Shown one piece after another: positions 57,012 through 64,000 of a stretch of DNA of 64,000 nucleotides; within the stretch, counting starts at the first letter, position 1, and the number at the start of each line of letters is the position of its first letter. Location: the NCBI GenBank assembly GCA_040217195.1, contig JAVJNR010000004.1, forward strand, positions 480,001 to 544,000. The letters run 5' to 3'. Source of the stretch: Leptospiraceae bacterium (GTDB lineage Bacteria > Spirochaetota > Leptospiria > Leptospirales > Leptonemataceae). The position numbers and the translations under genes were made by a program. The notes below the pieces were generated by a model, which was not told the DNA's origin, did no database searches, and saw only the letters and a program-made list of their open reading frames with translations.

Positions 57012-58016
57012 ATGTACCTTTTTTCGTATAGCAAGCTCTTTCTCGTTCCTTTGAGTGTTCTTTTCTTTCTTCTATTTCTGGGGACGGCAGGTTATCATTT
57101 TATCGAAGGATGGAGTTTACTGGATTCCATCTACATGACCTTGATTACTCTAACGACTGTGGGCTTTGGAGAAACACATCCTCTAACTCCAAAAGGACAG
57201 GTGTTTACAATCTTTCTACTGATGGGTGGAGTATTAATGTATGCTTTCGCCATCAACGACTTTGTGCATCACTTACTGAATCATAACTTCAAAGACTTTA
57301 CCCAGAAATTGAAAATGCAAAAATACATCAGCAATCTAAAGGATCATTTCATCATCGTGGGCGGCGGCCGAATGGCCTGTGTTGTGGGCGCAAACCTGGA
57401 GCATTACAAGGAGCCATTTGTATTCATTGAGCAATCCGACACCGCCACCCTGTTCCAGGAAAGACCGGACTGGCCGCATATTTTGAAAGATGCATTACTG
57501 GATGAAACCCTGGATGAGGCGGGCGTGGAACGAGCCAGAGGTCTGGCCTGCTGCCTGCCCACAGATGCAGATAACCTGTTTGTTGTACTGAGTGCTCGGA
57601 AAATGAATCCTCAATTGCAAATTCATACTCGCATTCAATATGAATCTTCGCGAAAGAAAATGCTGCAGGCCGGGGCCGATCATGTTATTTCGCCGAATAC
57701 ACTTGGAGGCCTGCAGGTAGCCAGGTCATTTGTTCACCCGGACATCGAAAGCTTCCTTTCCGTTTTTCGAGATACAGGGATGTATGAATTCGATATGAAA
57801 ATCGAGCGAATCCAGGAAGGGTCGGCTCGCCAGGGACTACCTCTCCGAGAAGCGAAATACCGCGAAGAAAGATATCTTGTAATTGGGATTAAAAAAGCTG
57901 GGGGGCGAATGGTATTTGCTCCACCGGCCACCTATGTGCTAAAGCACGGGGATGAGGTCTTTCTCCTGGGGGCCGAGCCCGATTCAACTGAGCCTCCTAA
58001 ACCAGGGAATTCGTAA
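57012..58016 (+). CDS. Potassium channel with TrkA-N/TrkA-C (RCK) domains
   Basis: AAGGAG Shine-Dalgarno; TLTTVGFG filter; IVGGGRMA Rossmann motif; DADNL. Confidence 0.92.
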   Translation: MYLFSYSKLFLVPLSVLFFLLFLGTAGYHFIEGWSLLDSIYMTLITLTTVGFGETHPLTPKGQVFTIFLLMGGVLMYAFAINDFVHHLLNHNFKDFTQKLKMQKYISNLKDHFIIVGGGRMACVVGANLEHYKEPFVFIEQSDTATLFQERPDWPHILKDALLDETLDEAGVERARGLACCLPTDADNLFVVLSARKMNPQLQIHTRIQYESSRKKMLQAGADHVISPNTLGGLQVARSFVHPDIESFLSVFRDTGMYEFDMKIERIQEGSARQGLPLREAKYREERYLVIGIKKAGGRMVFAPPATYVLKHGDEVFLLGAEPDSTEPPKPGNS

Positions 58017-58074
58017 ACGACGATTCCCGGCTGAGGCGGGCCCGATCCCTCCAGGAAATAGACAGGAGAGAAAG

Positions 58075-58266
58075 TCAGGCCAAAAAGTCGGCCAATTGGT
58101 CGGTCTTTTGAGCGCCCACCTTCTGTTCTGCATTCATTCCAATCATCTTTCCATTCAGATCCATGGTTTTATCCAGGGCCATCTGTTGGATTTGATTCAT
58201 GGTTTCCGCCGCTCGAGCCACCTGCTGCATGGCCTGAGCTGCACCTGAGTTACCGCTTACTTGCAT
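58075..58266 (-). CDS. Small protein, YjfB-like putative motility protein
   Basis: GGAGG Shine-Dalgarno; 63 aa, Met/Gln/Ala-rich helix ending DFLA; sigma28-like promoter upstream. Confidence 0.6.
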   Translation of the reverse strand: MQVSGNSGAAQAMQQVARAAETMNQIQQMALDKTMDLNGKMIGMNAEQKVGAQKTDQLADFLA

Positions 58267-58284
58267 ATAAGCCTCCTGTTTCTT

Positions 58285-58312
58285 CCATCGGGAATGGAGG
58301 GACCGTACTTTA
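58285..58312 (-). promoter_or_regulatory. Sigma28 (FliA)-type promoter
   Basis: Minus strand reads TAAA-N16-CCCGATGG. Confidence 0.6.
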
Positions 58313-58396
58313 CGCTCTCGTAGCATTTTTTCCGGTATAAAACCGTACCGGGATCAGACATTCAGGCCAGCTCCTGACAGATGACTGTTATGGCAT

Positions 58397-61102
58397 TCAA
58401 TTAGATCCTTGCTCCACCGCAGCAATGGCCGAGGCCAATCGCGCCACGGACACTCTAAAAGGGGAACAGCTAACATAATTCAAACCCAGACCATGAAAGA
58501 ACTTAATGGATGTTGGATCGCCACCATGCTCACCACAAACTCCCAGCTTAATAGCCGAACGAGTGCTTCTTCCTTTCTCCACTGCCATGCGAACCATGGC
58601 ACCTACGCCATCCTGATCAATGGATTGAAACGGATTTCGATCATAGATATTCAAGCGAAGGTATTCTCTAATGTAGGATTCAGCATCATCTCTGGAAAAG
58701 CCAAGAGTCATCTGAGTCAAATCGTTGGTCCCAAAACTGAAGAACTCCGCCTCCGCAGCAATTTCATCCGCGGTGGCAGCGGCTCTGGGAACCTCAATCA
58801 TGGTTCCAATCATGTATTCTACTTTTGTACCCTTTTCCTGAAAGACCTTCTGGGCTGTATCCTGGATAATCTTCTTTTGCATGGTTAGCTCATTGACCTT
58901 TCCCACAAGAGGTACCATGATTTCCGGACTCACATGAATTCCAGCAGATTGTGCTTCGCAGGCCGCTTCCAGAACGGCCCTAACCTGCATCTCCGTAATC
59001 TCCGGATAGGTTATTCCCAACCTGCAGCCGCGATGTCCCAGCATAGGATTCTGCTCATGCAAATCTTCGGCCCGACGTTTGATTAGATCCACATCAATAT
59101 TCAATGCAGAGGCAAGCTTCTTAAAATCAGCCTCTTCCCTGGGCAGAAATTCATGCAATGGAGGGTCCAGCAATCGGATAGTAACCGGAAAGCCATCCAT
59201 TGCTTCAAAGATTCCTCGAAAATCTTCCTTTTGATAGGGCAGGATTTTCGCCAGTGCTTGCTTTCGCTGTTCTACTGTGGAAGCAAGAATCATCTCCTGC
59301 ATGGCCAGAATTCGATCACCCTCAAAGAACATGTGTTCCGTGCGACAGAGCCCAATGCCTTCTGCACCGAACATCCGGGCCACGCGAGCATCCTTTGGAG
59401 TGTCCGCATTTGTGCGAATGCTCATTCGGCGGCTTTTATCGGCCCAGTCCATCATGCGTTTGAAGTTAGATGCGATTTCCGATTTTTCTGCATCTATTTC
59501 ACCGGCCAGAGCTTGCTGAATCTCGCTTTCCCTGGTTTTCATCAATCCAAGAATGACTTCGCCGGTGCCTCCATCTATGGAAAGCTCATCTTCTTCGCTT
59601 AATTCAATGGACTTGTTGTCCTGAGTGACGATGGTCATTATTCCTTTCTTTTCATCCACCCGCAGAGCGGAACATCCAACAATACAGGGCTTATTCATAC
59701 CTCGAGCTACCACCGCTGCATGGGATGTCATCCCTCCTCTGGAGGTTAGAATCCCTTCTGCCGCTTCCATTCCGGAAATGTCCTCCGGTGATGTCTCCGT
59801 TCGCACCAGAATACACTTCTTTCCTGCAGCTTTATGCTGGTGAGCCTTTTCGGAGCTAAATACTATCAGGCCGGAGGCAGCACCGGGGCCGGCATTCAAT
59901 CCCTTGCCCACGATTCTTCCCTGGGCTATGGCCTGAGACTTTTCTGCAGGGTCAAAGACCTGTGCCAGAAGAGAAGGCACAGATTCTGGATCAAGTCGAG
60001 TAATGGCTTTCTCTGGTTTTAGAACTCCTTCATCTACCATGTCGCATGCAATTTTGAGTGCAGCAAAACCGGTTCGCTTTCCGTTCCGGGTCTGTAAGAT
60101 GTATAACTTGCCCTGCTGTATGGTAAATTCAATATCCTGCATGTCCTGAAAGTGCCCTTCCAGTTTCTGCTGTATATCGATGAGCTGATCATAGACCTGG
60201 CGCTGATCTTTCTCCAGCTGAGCGATGGGCTGAGGAGTACGAATTCCAGCTACCACATCTTCGCCCTGGGCATTCATTAGATATTCTCCGTAGAACTTCT
60301 TTTCTCCGGTGGACGGATTACGGGTAAAGGCTACGCCTGTGCCCGAATCATCGCCCATATTTCCAAATACCATGGACTGTACGTTAACCGCCGTTCCCAG
60401 AGAATCCGGAATGGCATGCATGCGACGATAGTAGATGGCTCGTTCATTGTTCCAGGAATGGAATACAGCTTCTATGGCCTTTTCCAGTTGCTCCCAGGGA
60501 TCATCCGGGAAATCTGCGCCGGTTTCTTTTTTCACCAGCTTCCTGTACTCTTCTATGAGCTCCCTTAAGGCGCTGGCATCCAGCTCTGTATCCACGGCTG
60601 CGCCAGCCTTCTCTTTGTGTTCTTCCAGGATTTCTTCAAACAACTCATGTTTGATCCCCATTACAACATTTCCAAACATCTGGATAAAGCGACGATGGGA
60701 GTCCTCCACGAATCGGTCATTGCCTGTTTCCAGAGCCAGACCCTTCTTGGTTTCTTCATTCAGCCCCAGATTCAAGATTGTATCCATCATTCCTGGCATA
60801 CTGATTGGTGCTCCAGATCGCACCGATACCAGCAAAGGTTTATCGCCACTTCCAAAGTTGCGGCCGGTTTCCTTATTTACCTCTGACAATTTGGTTCGGA
60901 CTTCATCCATCAGCCCGTCTGGAAGTTTGCGAATTTCCGAATATTCATTGCAAACGGATGTGGGAATCACAAGGCCGGGAGGAACTGGAACTCCCAGAGC
61001 GGCCATTTTACACAGGTTCGCTCCTTTACCTCCCAGAGCGGACTTATCCGGTGAATTAACGTCGGTGCGTCCCTCTCCAAAAAAGAATACCCGTTTGCTC
61101 AT
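58397..61102 (-). CDS. ppdK: Pyruvate, phosphate dikinase
   Basis: LGGKGANL, VSVRSGAPISMPGMMDT, GGMTSHAAVVARG, CRTEHMF, GTNDLTQ, CGEHGGDP. Confidence 0.97.
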   Translation of the reverse strand: MSKRVFFFGEGRTDVNSPDKSALGGKGANLCKMAALGVPVPPGLVIPTSVCNEYSEIRKLPDGLMDEVRTKLSEVNKETGRNFGSGDKPLLVSVRSGAPISMPGMMDTILNLGLNEETKKGLALETGNDRFVEDSHRRFIQMFGNVVMGIKHELFEEILEEHKEKAGAAVDTELDASALRELIEEYRKLVKKETGADFPDDPWEQLEKAIEAVFHSWNNERAIYYRRMHAIPDSLGTAVNVQSMVFGNMGDDSGTGVAFTRNPSTGEKKFYGEYLMNAQGEDVVAGIRTPQPIAQLEKDQRQVYDQLIDIQQKLEGHFQDMQDIEFTIQQGKLYILQTRNGKRTGFAALKIACDMVDEGVLKPEKAITRLDPESVPSLLAQVFDPAEKSQAIAQGRIVGKGLNAGPGAASGLIVFSSEKAHQHKAAGKKCILVRTETSPEDISGMEAAEGILTSRGGMTSHAAVVARGMNKPCIVGCSALRVDEKKGIMTIVTQDNKSIELSEEDELSIDGGTGEVILGLMKTRESEIQQALAGEIDAEKSEIASNFKRMMDWADKSRRMSIRTNADTPKDARVARMFGAEGIGLCRTEHMFFEGDRILAMQEMILASTVEQRKQALAKILPYQKEDFRGIFEAMDGFPVTIRLLDPPLHEFLPREEADFKKLASALNIDVDLIKRRAEDLHEQNPMLGHRGCRLGITYPEITEMQVRAVLEAACEAQSAGIHVSPEIMVPLVGKVNELTMQKKIIQDTAQKVFQEKGTKVEYMIGTMIEVPRAAATADEIAAEAEFFSFGTNDLTQMTLGFSRDDAESYIREYLRLNIYDRNPFQSIDQDGVGAMVRMAVEKGRSTRSAIKLGVCGEHGGDPTSIKFFHGLGLNYVSCSPFRVSVARLASAIAAVEQGSN

Positions 61103-61461
61103 ATGTGCCCCCTTAGGCCACCTGCGGTGGCTTTCTATCTTAATATTCCTGACGGCTTCCAGGAGTGGAGCCGCCCTTTACAACAGTAAAGTGATCCGCT
61201 TTTTCCTGGATTCGGACATTTTTATTTTTCCGAATTTTAGATCCGTGAGTCTGCCTGCAGTGCCTGGGGATCAGGTAAACCGAAGGCTCTCAGAAGCATT
61301 TTTTGTATCACTTTCCCAAATCGAGCAATCATATTTCCGATATTTAGATACATAGTTGGATCGATTTTTTTCCAGTTGAAAGCCCCATACTTTGGCGGCG
61401 GAGAATGAAACACTGGAAAAACAATTGACCGCCCCGGTGATAAAAGGTTTTGAAAGACAGG

Positions 61462-61791
61462 ATGATCCGCGCCGAGAAAAAAGAAGATACCATTATTCTC
61501 CATGTTCTGGAGCCCCGAGTGGATATGGTTGTGGCCCGAAAGTTCAGAGAAGGACTGACACAGCATATTCAGGATCGTCCACAGAAGATTGTATTGAACC
61601 TGGCAGATACAGAGTATTTTGATAGTTCCGCTCTGGGTGCCCTGGTTGCCTTCATGAAGGATGTCCGGGCCTATGGCGGCCGGCTTATTCTATGCAACCT
61701 TTCGCGTTCCCTGCTGGCTCTGCTAAAGCTTTCCAAACTGGATATGCTTTTTGAGATTTCCGAGTCCCTGGACAGTGCATTGAGCTCCTGA
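61462..61791 (+). CDS. STAS-domain anti-sigma factor antagonist
   Basis: LNLADTEYFDSSALGALV with the phosphorylatable Ser. Confidence 0.9.
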   Translation: MIRAEKKEDTIILHVLEPRVDMVVARKFREGLTQHIQDRPQKIVLNLADTEYFDSSALGALVAFMKDVRAYGGRLILCNLSRSLLALLKLSKLDMLFEISESLDSALSS

Positions 61792-61839
61792 TCCAGAGGA
61801 TAAAGCTACATTCCATTGCCATTGTTCGCCCTCCATTCG

Positions 61840-61867
61840 TCAATTTCGCCCCTTTGAGGGTCGATGA
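61840..61867 (+). promoter_or_regulatory. Possible sigma28-type promoter
   Basis: TCAA-N16-GTCGATGA upstream of the DUF1577/PilZ gene. Confidence 0.4.
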
Positions 61868-61874
61868 ATAATCA

Positions 61875-63227
61875 GTGACCGGTTTGCCTCAAGCCTGGAC
61901 CAGTTTTGGATCCGGAACCTCCCAGAGTATGCACCAGATCCACCAGGAGATGGAGGGCACTCTGGTGGATATGATGCGTCAGATTTACGGAAATGAGCGC
62001 ATGGTTCCCACTCAGTTTACCATTATTGGATCCGATGTGAACCAGATCCGGCATCTATTCTTTCATCTAAGAGCAGAAAATCGTAAAATTGATGTAAGCT
62101 ACGGAATCGAAGTCTTCCAGGGAAGCATTGCAGATGTGGATGATGACCATGTACTCATCCGGATTCCCAGGTTCGAAGAAGGTCCTCAAAGAAGAATCCG
62201 TATTAGATTCGATGCGCTAAACATATTTTATCAATTCGAAGTCATTATAGAAGAAATCAACGGCGAGCTGGTATGGATTCGAATGCCAGACAGTATTCAA
62301 TCCGCCACCCGCAGAAAATACAGACGGGTGTATCCGGACGATGTATTCCTTAGATTCCTTTTTCAGTACCGCCCCATTTTTGGTAAAAGAGGTATTGGAC
62401 AGATTGTAGAAGATAGATACTCCTTTGTAGTTCAGGAATTGCGCAAAGATTTCCCGGATATGGCCCTGATTTTAAGGATGATAGCCGAAGAGTTAAACAG
62501 CATTTCCCAGTTCTTCGAGTTAAAGTTCTATAAAAAGGGTGAGAAGAAGAATCTGATGGAGCAGATTGTCACCTCCCAGGAAAGCACTCTTTACATTCGC
62601 GATACAGATAGATTGGACAACTATTTCAGGAAATTGAACCTGTACGGACTGACCAATTACGAACGTGAATTCAAAAATATGCTCAACGTAATGTCCGAGG
62701 AAGAGGCAAGAAAGTCCTTCGAGGAGTTGCAGCAAAAGGAACTACGTAGCCATCTATATAACTATGTATGCTCTCCAATCACAGTCTTTGACAAGGTTGT
62801 TGGGCACATTTATCTCTATACAACGGTTCTGGAGAAGCATCAAATCAGCACAGACGATGCCACACGAATCGACATTCTGGCCACACTGCTTAGTTATGCA
62901 ATGTCCAGAACAGCCGTTGCGCGAACCTATTATACAGAGCCCATGGCTCGGTTGAGCAACATTTCTATTGCAGGCCTTTTATTTGAAATTAAGAACTCCG
63001 TCCTATTCGAATATCTGATCGACCATGATTCCTTGAGAGTATTGCTTCCTCTTAAGAATGACATTCTGGAAATGGAAGGCGATATTACCCGACTCTTCCC
63101 CTCGGAGAACGGCTATCTAATAGGGGTTCGATTTACAGATGCAGGACCAGATGACTTCAAACGCCTGGAGCAGTATATCTTTCAAAAAACCCGGGCTCGC
63201 CACGAAGCAGGATTCCATTCTACTTAG
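61875..63227 (+). CDS. DUF1577-like PilZ-domain protein (YcgR-like N part, GAF-like insert); start 61875 or 61929
   Basis: RRKYRR motif, NISIAG motif, C-terminal IGVRF...LEQYI. Confidence 0.75.
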   Translation: MTGLPQAWTSFGSGTSQSMHQIHQEMEGTLVDMMRQIYGNERMVPTQFTIIGSDVNQIRHLFFHLRAENRKIDVSYGIEVFQGSIADVDDDHVLIRIPRFEEGPQRRIRIRFDALNIFYQFEVIIEEINGELVWIRMPDSIQSATRRKYRRVYPDDVFLRFLFQYRPIFGKRGIGQIVEDRYSFVVQELRKDFPDMALILRMIAEELNSISQFFELKFYKKGEKKNLMEQIVTSQESTLYIRDTDRLDNYFRKLNLYGLTNYEREFKNMLNVMSEEEARKSFEELQQKELRSHLYNYVCSPITVFDKVVGHIYLYTTVLEKHQISTDDATRIDILATLLSYAMSRTAVARTYYTEPMARLSNISIAGLLFEIKNSVLFEYLIDHDSLRVLLPLKNDILEMEGDITRLFPSENGYLIGVRFTDAGPDDFKRLEQYIFQKTRARHEAGFHST

Positions 63228-63431
63228 AGGGTAGCTTTCAGTTCCTGTTCCGTGGATCTTCATGCTTAGATATGTTTCGGCCATTTTGCTGCGTGTTCAG
63301 GCCAGACCTAAATCCAGGCGTTTACGGGCCTGATAAGCCCTTTCATACTGCCTGCCCGGTTCCCCCCGCGGTTTTTTGATCCTTTTTGATCCTTTTTTTC
63401 CCCCGGTTTCCTTCTTTTTCAGTTTTCCCAC

Positions 63432-63461
63432 TTGACTGACCGGCTGGCCAGTCAGTATAAT
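63432..63461 (+). promoter_or_regulatory. Sigma70 promoter with an overlapping TetR-type palindromic operator
   Basis: TTGACT-18 nt-TATAAT; the palindrome ACTGAC-C-GGC-TG-GCC-A-GTCAGT (63435-63456) fills the spacer. Confidence 0.75.
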
Positions 63462-63507
63462 AATCTCAGATTCTCCCGAAGCGGGCAGAAATGGAGGAGT
63501 CATAGAA

Positions 63508-64000
63508 ATGGAAAAAGATATTCAGAGTGTATGGAAGTCCTATAGCGGAAAAGTGGCCTGGCCCACAGCCATCCTGGCTTTTCTTTGCCTGGGAACCTTT
63601 ACCGGCATGAGCGCCGGGTACGCCCTTGGCTTTGTGCCTTTATGGGCTGCCATACTGACCAACACGATTGTAGGATACGTGGTATTCACTCCACTGCATG
63701 AGGCCAGTCATTCCAACATTGGAACCAGAAAAGGAAGCTTCAAGTGGCTGGATAGTTTCATTGGCTGGATCAGTGGAGCTGTACTCTTTGCTCCTTTCGT
63801 AGCGTTTAAGGTGCTGCATTTACGTCATCACAGCAACACTAACAATCCAGATGCGGACCCGGATCATTGGATGGCCACCTCAAACCCGCTCTTGCTGGTA
63901 CTTCGTGGTCTGACTATTATGCCCAGATACTACTATCATTTCTTTACCTATCCTGACAAACAGGCCCGCGATAAAATGCCTGCTACATTTTTGGGGATTA
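63508..64000 (+). CDS. Membrane fatty acid desaturase/hydroxylase family protein, truncated by the window end
   Basis: Not in the ORF track. GGAGG Shine-Dalgarno, ATG 63508, MEKDIQSVWKSYSGKVAWPT...; His boxes HEASH and HLRHH, then DPD. Confidence 0.9.
   Translation, partial: MEKDIQSVWKSYSGKVAWPTAILAFLCLGTFTGMSAGYALGFVPLWAAILTNTIVGYVVFTPLHEASHSNIGTRKGSFKWLDSFIGWISGAVLFAPFVAFKVLHLRHHSNTNNPDADPDHWMATSNPLLLVLRGLTIMPRYYYHFFTYPDKQARDKMPATFLGI

Noticed and set aside
60435..61355. 306 aa plus-strand ORF
   Set aside because: Antisense shadow of ppdK, Ser-rich with no motifs. The same applies to the many 60-200 aa ORFs antisense to ubiD, leuA, hflX, the PBP and znu genes.
63340..63430. Pyrimidine-rich tract with a short GATCCTTTTT duplication
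   Set aside because: Only two copies and low complexity; not a CRISPR or true tandem array, probably terminator or UP-element sequence.

Overview
A 64 kb, gene-dense chromosomal segment, most likely from a free-living Leptospiraceae spirochaete (Leptonema/Leptospira-like). This assignment is inferred from Leptospira-type families (DUF1577-like PilZ protein, LA_2478-like Cys-rich lipoprotein, spirochaetal lipoboxes). I found no rRNA, tRNA, CRISPR array, transposase or prophage. Housekeeping genes include miaE, a UbiD decarboxylase, leuA, hflX, a class A PBP, amtB and ppdK. There is a complete zinc-uptake locus (outer-membrane barrel, ZnuACB, Zur-like regulator) with two candidate operators, and many cAMP/c-di-GMP signalling genes (2 adenylate cyclases, 2 EAL, 2 PilZ-type, 2 cNMP-binding, PP2C, STAS). 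Three items stand out. (1) A translationally coupled six-gene operon (14081-23775) encodes a thioredoxin-TPR protein, an NTT/MFS-HEAT-cNMP protein, two Cache-HAMP receptors with apparently dead PP2C-like tails, a stand-alone degenerate cNMP protein and a Cache-HAMP adenylate cyclase. (2) Converging on it is a two-gene unit pairing an animal-like NNMT/PNMT/INMT N-methyltransferase with an Arg/Lys/Orn decarboxylase (11695-13912). (3) A permuted DHH-like domain is fused to a degenerate CPBP membrane domain (31048-32883). All family calls come from motif recognition by eye; no database searches were run.
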